A DNA stretch of 64,000 nucleotides. Source: Squalus acanthias. Its lineage: Eukaryota. The stretch's first letter is position 1, and every line of letters begins with the position of its first letter. Location: contig CM059432.1 of the NCBI GenBank assembly GCA_030390025.1, forward strand, positions 83,764,001 through 83,828,000, in the 5' to 3' direction. The notes beneath the pieces are model-generated. The model was not told where the DNA came from. It did no database searches and saw nothing but the letters and a program-made list of their open reading frames with translations. This document shows positions 12,331 to 24,875 of this stretch, in pieces. The position numbers and the translations under genes are program-made.

Positions 12331-14454
12331 ATTCTGTCAATGGTGAGAGAGTTCGTCCGATGAGGTGATACTGGATGGAGACTTTGCTGGAAACACTTGC
12401 GCCCTGCAGAATCTGTGCTGGAAATGGACTGAGCAACATCTTCTGCCTGAGGAAAGTGATCTTCTGTCAGGTGGGAGCTTTTATTGTACATTTGATGCCG
12501 TCCAGTCATCAGCTGGAGCAATGGCCACGGAACTCCCGCCTCAGGTTGACAGATATGGTTCCCGAGCTGCGTGAATCCTGTGGCCATGCAGGGAAATTGA
12601 AAAAGTAAGTGAAAAAAGGCTCTTAAGTGCCTGTAAACTACCTGATAATTACTTCAATTGGGTCGCCCGCTGCTGCCGGTTGGGTCGGCTCTGTGATGAC
12701 TGACGCACCTGGGGGAAAGGCACGTGGGGCGAGATGACAGCAGGTTCCTGACCTGCTGTGAAAAATAACAACTTTCCTACCTGACCTGCCACCGATCGTG
12801 CCCGCTACCACCCCGGAAAATTCCAGCCAGAATGGAGTATGGCTGACTGCTTCCAGGGTACAGCATTTTTTAATAACTCAGACTTCAGGAGTCTAATCAG
12901 TTGCCTGTGATCTCTCCGCCCACCATAACAACATTGTACGGCAGGTATGCACGGATATTCCTAGCACTCAGCTTTGTTCTAATATTAATGATAGAAAATG
13001 TGCTACATTGCATTTTCCCATCGTTAGTGTATATACTGCCCATACTTGGGTAGATGCATTCAATTCACTTCTGGTGAAAAATCTTGCAACTCTCAGAAGG
13101 CTGCAGGGAGTGGTGGAATGGCTCCCTGCCTGATTTTTTGAAGCCCACCCAGTTACACAGGGAAATCAGCATACCACCAGAGGAAAACCTGTGGCTGGGC
13201 TGCCTCTGATCAGCAGTTGAATATGGCCATAACATGTGACTGAAAGTGTTATGAAGCAATTCAATACACTAATTCCACTTCAACAATGCACTTAGACAAA
13301 TTTTTCAAGCGTATTTTACACGTCTTTCTTAGTTTAGAAGTGCAAAGCATGCATATAAACATCTACAGATACGTCCAAGGGAGCAGACTGGTTAAGATGC
13401 ACATGTGCGTTGTCACTATGAGCTTCAGTGGACATTCACAAAACGTTAGTCACCCTATACCACACTACTTATTTTCTGTGAAATTCCCCAAGGTACTTGA
13501 GATTATTTTTCTCCTAAAACAAGCGGTATAGAATTCTCCTGTGGGATAAGGGCAGGGCCAGAAATTCTTTAGCTGTAATTAAACTCTACAGGGAATTAGG
13601 AGGCTAAGTACTAACCCAAACCCAAAAATACCATACAGCCTTCCAATTAAAACCTGCGTTTTGGCAGGATCCTCTCAGTAACCATTAAAAACCATACTGC
13701 CTACTAATAGAAAGAGTGTGCAGATTGTACACTTACTGATCTTTATATTCGAGAATTGCCCATAAAGGAAGTGAACTCATACTTTGCCATGAGGAAGTGT
13801 TCTTTTTACAAACATTTAACATGATTCCCAGATAAAATGGTTAATTGAAGAAACTCTTTACTCCAGAGCTTTCCCTCTTGATTGATGATAGTAAGTGAAA
13901 AGATATACACATTGGCTACCTCTTTTTCAATTTTATTTTATCTGGCAATTGTTACATTGTTCTAGTGTATTTGAGTATATTACATGTTTATAATAGGGGT
14001 GATTCGGCAATCTGACACTCCTTGCAGGCACATCTTGGCAAATTAAGGGATGTGCATCCACAATTTTGCAAGATAGACTTCTTGTGAGAACTACTCTCTC
14101 TGGAGTGTCAGATTGCACCCCTTTTATTTACTTATGTTTTTCAATTTTCTCCCCCTTTTATTCACTTCTATCCTGTGTGTGCTGACTCACGTGGGCAATG
14201 CTTCCATTGCTGATATCAGCCCACTGGGACCTCACTGAAGTAATCACTCTTGATGTGCGACACTGGACAGGGAAACCTCAAAAATCAATGGGACCATTTT
14301 CACTGTTCCTGCACTGCAAATGCAGGAAATCCGCCAAGTTTTTCTTTTCTGGTGGGCTGAGGATATGATAGAAAAGCATCATTTGCAGGCAGCTAGTTAA
14401 AAGTCCCTCATCTATTTTAAAAGGGTTCCACATCAGTTCTCTGCTAGCAGCTGG

Positions 14455-14632
14455 GAGTCCTGTTCACCCACCACCCCTGTGCTCGCTGACCTACATTGGC
14501 TCCCGGTCGGGCAACGCCTCGATTTTAAAATTCTCATTGTTGTTTTCACATCCCTCCATGGCCTCACCTCTGCCTGTCGCTGTAACCTCCTGCAGCCCTA
14601 CAACCCTCCGAGATCTCTGCGCTCCTCCAATT
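14455..14632 (+). mobile_element. L2 LINE fragment
   Basis: LADLHWLPVGQRLDFKIL motif typical of the L2 ORF2 C-terminus. Confidence 0.85.
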
Positions 14633-14634
14633 CT

Positions 14635-15143
14635 CACACGCATGCACATGCACACTTTAATGACGTGATAAGTGTTCATTACTGCCAGTCAACCTCTCTA
14701 GCACTGAAAATGAACTGGTAAAAGTGTGGAGTCTCATTCCTTCAGCTTTTAATTGTTAGAGATTTTAAAAATGTTACATTTAAAATCTGAAAATATTGTT
14801 TTTCCTTTCTGTCTTTCTCTCTCTCAATCCAATCTTTCTTTCCCTCTCTTTATGCTCTTTCTGTACCTGATTTGACATTTAATTCACCCACTCTAATTTA
14901 CACTTCCTTTTCAGTACTTGCGCTGTTAATTTCACAATCCTTCAATCTGATTGGCTAAGGAGTCACCCAGTTGCTTGCCCTGTTCACTCAGGTCCCAGAT
15001 GCCCGGTTTCCCTCACGGTGACGTTATCAGCTCGCACTTTCAGCAACTTGCCACACAAAAAATTTAAAAACCTAAACGTGCAAAGGCCAGTCTAACTAAT
15101 GGCAGACGCTGTTAGATTCACTCCTACAGCAAACTATGGCCCA
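14635..15143. mobile_element. Probable partial non-autonomous DNA element
   Basis: Abuts the L2 fragment and ends in a TIR-like CAGCAAACTATGGCCC; no partner TIR seen. Confidence 0.35.
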
Positions 15144-15427
15144 TTACTTCTAAGTCCACTTGTAACCCTAAGTAGCTTCTCTAGGCTGCAAACTGCAAAC
15201 AGGAAGCAAATCATGGCACTGACTTTCCCAGGCTGAAATACTGTGATTTGGACTGTACTGCACCCACTGCAAGTCATATAGAGATTTTAAAAAATCACAT
15301 CTGAGGTCAACATCAGTTGATACTGGCAGAAGTAATTTGCATAAATTTAAATTAGGTCCAATATGAAGAGGCACACAGAGAAACTGGAGCTCCCAAACTG
15401 GACTCGAAATTAGACTGCTAGAACAAC

Positions 15428-16219
15428 AGCGTAGAAATGGTCCCACGCCAATTTGTGGCCCACAAAATTCTGTTGGCCCAAAAATTAGTCTCAGTACGCG
15501 AGAGTACGCACTGTGTACTCTCGCGTATTCTGTCTCCAATTGCCGGTTTTCTGCATGCACTGCGCATGCGCTGAAAACCGGCACTTGGTGAACTCAAAAG
15601 GGGGCGGTTCCTAAGTGAACCGTGTGCGCGCTACAGGCTGCGCGCACGCAGTGCACTTAGTGCTTTGAACGCGCAGGTAAGCATGGAAGATTTTGCACAT
15701 AAAGAAAGGAGGCGTAAGACCCTCTTTTAACAAGGTAAGTAGTTAATTCAGTATTATTTTAAAAATTTTTCAACAGGTATATCTTTTTTAGAGACTTTAA
15801 AGAAAGGTAAGTTTATTTTTATAACTTTTAAAAAGATTTAAAACATTTTCAAAAATTTAATTTTTTGTTTAAAGTGGTTAATTTAATAAACTATACTTAT
15901 TTTATTAATGTGATGGTTTTTTAAAAAATTTTAATTGAGGTTTAGTTGTTCTTTTGGGGGGGTATATTATTCATAGCTTTCACAGCCCTTGCTGTCAAAA
16001 CTATGAATGAAAGATGGTGTGCTGCCATTGGCTCTAACTGAATCACGTGATCCCACAGCTCGCACGAATTAACTGCGTCTGTGGGATACGCACACACTGC
16101 ACAGCTGCAGCCTTGAAACTAAAGTTCGTGTGAGCTCGGAAGGAAAAGGCAGGCGCGCAGTGAGATATCGCGGGGAAGCCTTACCCCCGCAGGAAGGCTC
16201 CATCTTTAATTTCTGGGCC
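15428..16219. mobile_element. MITE, Harbinger-like
   Basis: GGCCCACAAAATT near the left end and AATTTCTGGGCC at the right; CpG-rich ends with an AT-rich core. Confidence 0.5.
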
Positions 16220-16410
16220 GTTATGTTTTTCCATCATTGTGAGAATAACATAAGTAAATTCAGGGCCTGAGGGTCCTTAGACTATTTATTTGAGAGGAAT
16301 ATTACAGTCAAACCAGATCCCTCTCTTCAAGCAATGACCATACAGATACACTTTCCAGCTCACTGAACATTGATTGGGACAGAAGCACGGTGGCCCAGAT
16401 TGCTTTTAAC

Positions 16411-16546
16411 CTCTCCTGTAAATAGTTGCCAGCAGGGACCTCCCAGGCAGGACTGTCCTCTACAATCTTCCCTTCCCTTGCTGGAAAACACCCGACAGCA
16501 AGCAGCAGTGGATGAATCTCTTTCATTACTGTGTATTGAGGTGTAT
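16411..16546 (-). CDS. Candidate exon 10 (DTPQYTVMKEIHPLLLAVGCFPARE...YLQE)
   Basis: Acceptor ctctttcag|, donor GAG|GTTAAA. The TMEM232-like frame needs phase 1 entry, which does not match the phase 2 exit of exon 9. Confidence 0.35.
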
Positions 16547-16835
16547 CTGAAAGAGTACACAGCTGAGGAGTGAAGATCTGTATAAAACGTTTCACATTTG
16601 AACATGATGTATAAACAGAAGCTCCTTGGTACCAATAAATCCTGTTGCAGATAAACTGGTGAAAAAGGAAAGCTGTCAATGAGTTTAATATTTTGAGATT
16701 TGGTATTGATTTTTAGTATAAAAACTCTCTAATCTAATGGATGGGTAAACTGGCTGCCTTGTTTCCCTACAGTTTCTATGCTTCAAAAGTATTTCATTAA
16801 TTGTGAACTGCTTTGGGACATCCTCAAAGGTACTA

Positions 16836-17187
16836 CAGGAAACTCTTTCGTATCCGGCACCGACGGGACCGGGATGGTGCCGGTTGATTAAAAATTCCGG
16901 ATGACGGAGAGGGTTATCTACCGAGGCTATTTTTAACAAACAAAAAAAAAAAGCAAGAAATGTGCAGTATAATTGGGTAATCCCCTACAGAATGTTGTGT
17001 TAAATGAATGGTGGAAGATGCTTGATTAAGTACAGTAATGCCAGTTGAGGGTAATCCATAACTCTTTAATTACTTAACAGTAAAACAAAACTTATAAACA
17101 ACTGTATACTGTAGTTTTCCGAGTATGAATTCTGCCAGTTATTAGAGAATTCCGGATATTTAGGTGCCGTTTAAACGAGAGTTTCTG
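16836..17187. mobile_element. Tc1/mariner-pogo (Tigger-like) MITE
   Basis: TA|CAGGAAACTCT ... AGAGTTTCTG|TA termini with TA TSD; interrupts an L2/SINE-type tail. Confidence 0.7.
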
Positions 17188-17601
17188 TATATAAATGAAA
17201 GTTCTTTCTTTTTCTTTGAACCTTTTTTACCTCAGTACTGCTAGACTCTCTCCCCCAAAAAACTACCAGACCCCGAACTATCTTCAATGTACTACATATT
17301 GTCTACCAATTCTTGTGTGTCAGGGAATTTGAATAAAGTAGGAGATAAAAATTAAACACACAGGTTAGGGAACATACAATAATACCAATCAAGATCATTC
17401 ATTACTGTTTTCAAGTAGTTGTGGATTTTGATCAACCGAATTCTGGAATAAAATAGAAATGCCCTGCTCAAGTAAATATTCCCATGATTGGATAGGTTAG
17501 TTCTGACAAGGTGTTCATAAATATTTGCATCAGCTGTATCTTGCATAATTTTGCAATCAAGAGATGGGTAACCATGCAACAAAGAGACCAGGAGGACCAA
17601 C

Positions 17602-17703
17602 CTGAAGCATTGATAGAGAAGGTGAAGAAGAAATGGTTGAAGGTGATGAGTAGCCAGAGTGACTGGTATGTTGATCAACAGAACTATTACTGAAAATGTA
17701 CCC
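17602..17703 (-). CDS. Candidate exon 9 (GTFSVIVLLINIPVTLATHHLQPFLLHLLYQCF)
   Basis: Acceptor ctctcctgcag|, donor CAG|GTTGGT, 102 nt, phase 2-2, open. Confidence 0.4.
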
Positions 17704-17740
17704 CTGCAGGAGAGTCCTACAGTCCAGAGCACAACATATT

Positions 17741-18473
17741 GGGGGATGAAATTGAGTGCCTTTGCGCCTCCTGTTAACACCCCAGGGGGTGCAAATGGCT
17801 TTGCGACCGGGCGTGGCAACAACTCCCGCCATATTCGCTGGGAGTTTTGCGGTGGTGCTACGGCGGTGTGTCCCGATCTCCTTCGCCCGGAGATCGTGAT
17901 GTCATCACCGTGCGCATCGCCCCGGACCCAAAATTGACTTCCGCCCCCTGCAGCAGCGCCGGTCGAAAACACCGACAGCTGCAGGAGGTGTACACTGGGT
18001 GGCCGGCCGCTTCGGGGGCGATGATTAAAGGCAAGGTGGCCAAAGTAAGTAAAAAAATAAATTACCTTTCTTGTTGCAGTTTTTTTTCGCAGGTTCCTGC
18101 CTGCGATCGATCAGCCCCCCACTCTGCTTGAGTGCCGGGTTGATTGCACGGGATTGCGGCTGCCTTGGTGGTCCAGGTAGGTACTCTTTATATTGCAGAG
18201 CCTGCAGCGATGGCCCTTCCCTTTAAGGGCGGGAAGGAGCCTTTGAACGTGGCAGCGCTGCACGGCTCAGTGTGCAGCACTACTGAAGTCTCCGCCCCGT
18301 CTGCTGCTGATTGCACTCCACGAAGGAAGTTGTGCACTTGATTTAGCATCCACTTCCTTCTTAGAGTGCAAAACCAAATTTTTTAAAAGTTTAGAAACAT
18401 TAACGCCTGCCGCCAATTTTCTCAACTTTTAAGAGTTAGCGCCCCAAACGGGGCTATAATGAATTTTCCCCTC
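17741..18473. mobile_element. CpG-rich Harbinger-type MITE, inverted copy of 4873-5630
   Basis: Reverse complement aligns along its length with 4873-5630; TSD ATT. Confidence 0.8.
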
Positions 18474-18654
18474 ATTGTCTTCACGAACAACATATCCTGA
18501 CGAATAAACAATACCTAATTATCTTACATGCTTATCAACTCACCATTTGCTACATTAATATGCCCCGACTGAAAATATATCTCCATTGTGCATTCAAAAG
18601 AAGTTGGAACTGGTTCATTTCCCTACTGCTGTTTTGTGTATGTGCTCTTGGTGA

Positions 18655-20052
18655 TTTTTTTAAATTCGTTCTGAGGATGTGGGTGTCGCTGGCAAAGCCA
18701 GCATTTATTGCCCATCCCTAATTTCCCTTGAGAAGATGGTGGTGAGCCACCTTCTTGAACCGCTGCAGTCCGTGTGGTGAAGGTACTCCCACAGTGCTGT
18801 TAGGGAGGGGGATCCAGGATTTAGACCCAGTGACGATGAAGGAATGGCGATGTATTTCGAAGTCAGGATGGTGTGTGACTTGGAGGGGAACTTAGAGGTG
18901 GTGGTGTTCACATGGGCCTGCTGCCTTTGTCCTTTTAGATGGTAGAGGTCGTGGGTTTGGGAGGTGCTGTTGAAGAAGCCTTGGTGAGTTGCTGCAGTGC
19001 ATCTTGTAGATGGTACACACTGCAGCCACGGTACGCCGGTGGTGGAGGGAGTGAATGTTTAAGGTGGTGGATGGGGTGCCGATCAAGCAGGCGGCTTTGT
19101 CCTGGATGGTGTCAAGCTTCTTGAGTGTGGTTGGAGCTGCACTCACCCAGGCAAGTGGAGAGCATTCCATCACACTACTGACTTGTGCCTTGTAGGTGTT
19201 GGAAAGGCTTTGGGGAGTCAGGAGGGGAGTCACTCACCACAGAATACCCAGCCTCTGACCTACTCTTGTAGCCACAGTATTTATGTGGCTTGTCCGGTTA
19301 CGTTTCTGGTCAATGGTGGCCCCCAGGATGTTGATGGTGGGGGATTCGACGATGGTGATGCCATTGATGTGAAGGGGAGGTGGTTAGACTCTCTCTTGTT
19401 GGAGATGGTCATTGCCTGGCTCTTGTGTGGCACAAATGTTACTCAAGAACATAAGAACACAAGAAATAGGAGCAGGAGTAGGTCATTCATCCCTTCAAGT
19501 CTGCTCCGCCATTCAATAAGATCATGGCTGATCTTCTACCTCAACTCCACCTTCCTGCACTGTCCCCATATCCTGTGATTCCCTTAAAATCCAAAAATCT
19601 ATTGATGTCTCCTGAATATACTCAATGACTGACCATCCAGAGCCCTCTGGGCAAGTGAATTACAAAGATTCACAACCCTCTGAGTGAAGAAATTTCTTCT
19701 CATCTCAGTCCTAAATGGCCGACCCCTTATTCTGAGACTGAGCCCTGGTTCTAGACTCCCCAGCCAGGGGAAACCTCCTCTGTGCATCTACCCAAACAAG
19801 CCCTGCAAGAATTTTTTATGTTTTAATGAGATCTCTCATTCTTGTAGATTCTAGGGAATATAGGCCTAGTCTCCTCAATCTCTCCTACTTGCCACTTATC
19901 AGCCCAAACTTGAATATTGTCCAGTTCTTGATGCATGCAAACACAGACTGCTTCATTATCTGAGGAGTTGCAAATGGAATTGAATACTGTGCAATCAGCG
20001 AACATCCCCACTTCTGACCTTATGATAGATGGAAGGTCATTGATGAAGTGGC
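18655..20052 (-). mobile_element. Crack/CR1-group LINE 3' part, interrupted by CR1
   Basis: YKAQVSSVMECSPLAW, FINDLPSIIRSEVGMFAD; same 3' tail as 8901-10887. Confidence 0.9.
19445..19885 (-). mobile_element. CR1 LINE 3' fragment nested in LINE
   Basis: RTEMRRNFFTQRVVNL; AAGAACAT tail; TACT repeated on both sides. Confidence 0.85.
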
Positions 20053-21815
20053 TTAGTGTCCCAGTGATTGCCTTTGGAGAGTTTATGGTGTGGCGCCTAT
20101 TGACTAATCTTGTATTTCTTCTAATTGCAACCCAAGCGAGAGGATTGTGTGGTGGCAGCCAGCTGCTCCTCAATGCGGGCATCAGGACTCAGTTGTGGTG
20201 TTGTACATCTTTATGGTGGGGCGCGAGTTTGATACTGCAACTCCGGCCAGCATTTAGCCCCTTACTAACTGGCTGGTCATGTCCACTTCTGCCACTATTT
20301 TAGTACTCTCAGGGGATGGGTGAGTTGGGTGGATCTGTCCCTTCTTCTTCTGTGCCCTAGCTGCCTGGTGTCCCTGCAGAAAACCAGGGAACTGTGCAGC
20401 AACAAACCTTTGGCTACAACCAAGGTATCTCTCAAGCAGATTTCCTACCCTCTCCAAACCAAAAGCGAGAGTCTCCTGAAAATTAGAGCCTCTGGTCTCA
20501 TTGCCCACAGCCAGTGTTTATGAGGGAAAGTGCATCTGCTCTTTGGATCTCTATCCATGGAGGCTGCTCTGCAGATGCCTGTGGCATTGTTAATGGCTCT
20601 GTGGTGGCCTGAAGTTTCCCAAAGCCTCTCGCATTACTGCAGGATTTCTAACAGACCATACAGGGAGCTTTGAATATTCTCAAAGGACTGTAAAAAGCCC
20701 TCTCTCATGAGTTTTAACCAAATTAAGGTAAGAATCTGTGGGCTCGGCAGCAGAGGAACATCTCAGCCTGGCCCACCAATCAGGTTGCTACTTATCAGCA
20801 GCAATATCTACCTACTCCACCTCACTTGTGCGGCGTACAAATGACCCTCTGAATCCCCAAAGTGCGGAAGCCTGTGCACTCAGCAGTGTATGAGGGATCA
20901 TTGTGAGGCGGCCCAGTTTCCTGCTTATGGTGGTGTAATTTTGGAAGGCCCCTACACAGAGAAAAAGGAACCATGTTGCCTGCATGAAATGGCTCTACAC
21001 AGAGCACATGCTAAGACATTGCGTTCCATGCTGCTGCTGGGCAGATGTGCCTGCATGTTACTAAGTGAGTGAGTTTGAAGGGGAGCAAGAAAAAAAAATG
21101 CAAGAGAAAGATTACCTTGTTGGCCCAGCATCAAGCGGCCAAACTCCTCCTGCCCAGAACGTCTATTGCCACAAGTCTCAATTTGAAGAGCTACCTCCTC
21201 CTGCCGATTAAGAATTCAGTGGTCGGTAGCATCGCCACTGGTCCAGTTTTCCTCCCTGTGATGTGTGCAGACTTTAAAAATAGGCAAACCACATACATTC
21301 AGCATTTGGAATGACAGGAGTATCCTGCCTATATTGCACCCTATAGGAATGGCTGGCTAAGCAGCATGCAAACTGCTTCATGTGACATGTTCACTTGGTG
21401 GCACAACATACAACAGTTGTGTGCGATATTTGGAGCATTTTTAAATTCCAGCCACAAAGTTCAACCTGAAATATTACAAACATGGAAGTGAATTTGTGAA
21501 AGATGCAAGGGGTGTGCCCGTACTTCCTATGCTTCATTGCTGTATCCTAGTTGTACCAAATGCCAGGCATACTTCTCTCCTCGTGCTACCAAAGACAAAT
21601 ATTTCCCCTCAGTGCTGCTGAATCCCATGACCCCTCTCTTTCCAGTACTGCTAAATGATAGGTACCTAGTCCACATTGCCCACCATCATGCTATGTATCC
21701 TCAGCATTACAAAGGTAAGAGATAAAATTGGAGATATGCAAATATATTAAAAATATATTCCGGGCTCGGATTTATAGCTTTCATGGAAATCAACAGTCCT
21801 GATAACATATCTTAC

Positions 21816-21887
21816 CTGGAATAGCATCCCTTGTTATAAAACAATACATCCTCCAACTCATGAGCAATATCACAAGAGAGCAACTCT
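21816..21887 (-). CDS. Candidate exon 8 (ELLSCDIAHELEDVLFYNKGCYS)
   Basis: Acceptor taacag|, consensus donor CAG|GTAAGA, 72 nt, phase 2-2, open. Confidence 0.4.
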
Positions 21888-22214
21888 CTGTTATATATTA
21901 AATTCAGGCAGGTTTCATTGAAAACTTTCATGGTAACCATGCCCCTGTGTATGTAGTATCAGTTCTGCCTCCCCACTGCCTCATCTCCTCTCGCCCTTCC
22001 GTCTCCCCTCCAAATGATTGGAAAACAGGTTGGAAGATGAATTTTCATATCAAAACCATCATCAGCTGCTTTTTTTAAAAAGTAGAGAAGTAGACAGATG
22101 AGAGTGAGCAAAAGACAAAGAATGACGACTATTTTTTCTTAATAGAGAGAGTTCAAAAACAATACCTGGAACTTTCAACTTCAGCAGGGGTGTAAAGTGG
22201 GTGCATCAGATCGG

Positions 22215-22381
22215 CAGCCTGCCCGTTAGACAGTCTGTTAGACAGACAGCCTGCCCGTTAGACAGCCTGTTAGACAGACAGCCTGCCCGTTAGACAGTCT
22301 GTTAGACAGACAGCCTGCCCGTTAGACAGCCTGTTAGACAGACAGCCTGCCCGTTAGACAGCCTGTTAGACAGACAGCCTG
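22215..22381. repeat. Minisatellite, 32-bp unit x ~5.2
   Basis: CAGCCTGCCCGTTAGACAG(T/C)CTGTTAGACAGA in tandem, no spacers. Confidence 0.95.
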
Positions 22382-24208
22382 GCTGACTTTTCTTTCCTTT
22401 GACTTCAATGAAAAGGTAAATCGAGCGGGATGTATAACGGGTGGTTTCGCTACCACCTGATTAGTACACTCGCACAAGTTGAATCTTTTAAGAAAAGGTT
22501 TAATTATGAAGTTATGATAGCTGTACCCACAGCATACAGTTAGCCAGAAGCAAAATTTATCAATAACAAGCAGCTGAACAAACAACAAGATTTAATTTTT
22601 CAACTTTTTAGACACCAAATCATGAAATAAAAATTCTGAGTAAGTATTGCTTTGAATCATCTCTATTCCTTTCTATTTGCAACTTATATTTAACCAGCCA
22701 TGCTGGTATTTACTGTTCTACACAGAAAATATAAACACATTTAGTTATGCAGCTGCAATACAAGAAAAACATTGTATGGCCAATTTTACAAATGCACACT
22801 CCACTCGCCATCTACACATCTGGAAGCTGCAGGGGTGCTTGCCATGATTTTCTGTCCATTCATTTTAACGGGCAAAATATCCAATATGTGCTCTCAGTGG
22901 ACAAGGTGCCCCACTGGGAGAACAATTTCATGAAATCAGCCCTTCCTTGTTTTTGAAGAAATTATCAAAAAATATTTTACTGCCTCTAGGATGAACTTTC
23001 TAAATGTTTCACTGTAAATGTTCACTCTCATCCCACTTCCACACCCCAGTATCCTCTCCCACCCCCACACCCAATCTTGGAGCAATGCTATGAGAGATCT
23101 GCTAGTAAATAAAAGTCTTTGCCCAGAAAATCTGTGATGTGACGCGGAAGTGTGGGACATTGCTGTGTGCAGAGGTCCCTCATAATTTTATACACCTCAA
23201 TCAAGTCTCCCCTCAGCCTCCTCTGTTCCAAAAAAACGACCCCAGCCTATCCAATCTTTCCTCATAACTAAAATTCTCCAGTCCTGGCAACATCCTCATA
23301 AATCTCCTCTGCACCCTCTACAATGCAATCACATCTTTCCTGTAATGTGGTGACCAGAACTGAACACAGTACTCTAGCTGTGGCCTAACTAGTGTTTTAT
23401 ACAGTTCAAGCATAACCTCCCTGCTCTTATATTCTATGCCTCAGCTAATAAAGGCAAGTATCCCATACGCCTTCTTAACCACCTTATCTACTGTCCTGCT
23501 ACCTTCAGGGATCTGTGGACATGCATGCCAAGGTCCCTCTGTTCCTCTACACTTCTCCGTATCCTACCATTTATTGTGTATTCCCTTGCCTTGTTAGCCC
23601 TACCCAAATGCATTACCTCACACTTCTCCAGATTGAATTCCATTCGCCACTTTTCTGCCCACCTGACCAGTCCATTGATATCTTCCTGCAGTCTACAGCT
23701 TTCTTCCTCACTATCAACCACACGGCCAATTTTTGTATCATCTGCAAACCTCTTAATCATGCCCCTATATTGAAGTCTAAATCATTGATGTATACCACAT
23801 AAAGCAAGGGACCTAGTACTGAGCCCTGCAGAACCCCACTGGAAACAGCTTTCCAGACACAAAAACATCCGTTGACCATTACCCTTTGCTTCCTGCCTCT
23901 GAGCCAATTTTGGATCCAAATTGCCACTTTCCCTTGGATCCCATGGGCTTTTGCTTTTCTGACCAGTCTGCCATGTGGGACCTTGTCAAAAGCCTTGCTA
24001 AAATCAATGTAGACTACATCAAATGCACTACCCTCATCAACCCTCCTTGTTACCTCCTCAAAAAATTCAATCAAGTTAGTCAGATACAACCTTCCCTTAA
24101 CAAATCCATGCTGACTGTCCTTGATTAATCTGTGCCTTTCTAAAAGATGATTAATACTGCCCCTCAGAATTTTTTCCAAAAATTTGCCCACCACCGAGGT
24201 TAGGCTGA

Positions 24209-24875
24209 CTTTTTTTTTGTTTGTGGGATGTGGGCGTCGCTGGCAAGGCCAGCATTTATTGCCCATTCCTAATTGCCCTTGAGAAGGTGGTGGTGAGCCA
24301 CCTTCTTGAACAGCTGCAGTCCGTGTGGTGAAGGTACTCCCACAGTGCTGTTAGGTAGGGAGTTCCAGGATTTTGACCCAGCAACGATGAAGGATCGGCG
24401 ATATATTTCCAAGTCAGGATGGTGTGAGACTTGGAGGGGAACTTGGAGGTGGTGGTGTTCCCATGCGCCTGCTGCCCTGGTCCTTCTAGGTGGAAGAGGT
24501 TGCGGGTTTGGGAGGTGCTGCCAAAGAAACCTTGGCGAGTTGCTGCAGTGCATCTTGTAGATGGTACACACTGCAGCCACGGTAGGCCGGGTAGAGGGAG
24601 TGAATGTTTGAGGTGGTGGATGGGGTGCCAATCAAGCGGGCTGCTTTGTCCTGTATGGTGTTGAGCTTCTTGAGTGTTATTGAAGCTGCACTCATCCAGG
24701 CAAGTGGAGAGTATTCCATCACACTCTTTACTTATGCTTGTAGATGGTGGAAAGGCTTTGGGGAGTCAGGTGGTGAGTCACTCGCCGCAGACACTCTGAC
24801 CGGCTCTTGCTGCCACAGTATTTATGTGGCTGGTCCAGTTAAGTTTCTGGTCAATGGTGACCCCCAGGATGTTAA
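24209..24875 (-). mobile_element. Crack/CR1-group LINE 3' fragment inserted in CR1 ORF2
   Basis: MEYSPLAWMSAA, HHHLLKGN; poly-T at 24210-24218 on the plus strand. Confidence 0.9.

Larger units (their letters stand above)
8523..12828 (+). mobile_element. Non-autonomous PIF/Harbinger element with Myb/SANT gene (+) and deleted transposase (-), carrying two nested LINEs
   Basis: TIRs GGCTGGAATTTT / AAAATTCCAGCC, TSD AGA. Myb/SANT split across ~8792-8901 (MTAQRQRAAPKFSDDSLHMLMKGV) and ~10888-11015 (TAWLQIAEQV...RRTWMQWRKRFNDL). Minus strand AAREARDSFIMARF near 11550-11595 resembles a transposase C-terminus. Confidence 0.75.

Noticed and set aside
17602..17703. Leucine-rich-repeat reading (YQSLWLLITFNH) suggesting LRRC63
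   Set aside because: That frame has three stops and no further convincing LRR exons follow. It also shows that by-eye homology can mislead, hence the modest confidence in the TMEM232 call.
21537..21714. Plus-strand exon ending AAG|GTAAGA
   Set aside because: No partner exons or recognisable peptide on the plus strand.
22215..22381. 32-bp repeats as a CRISPR array
   Set aside because: Head-to-tail with no unique spacers, no cas genes, vertebrate context.
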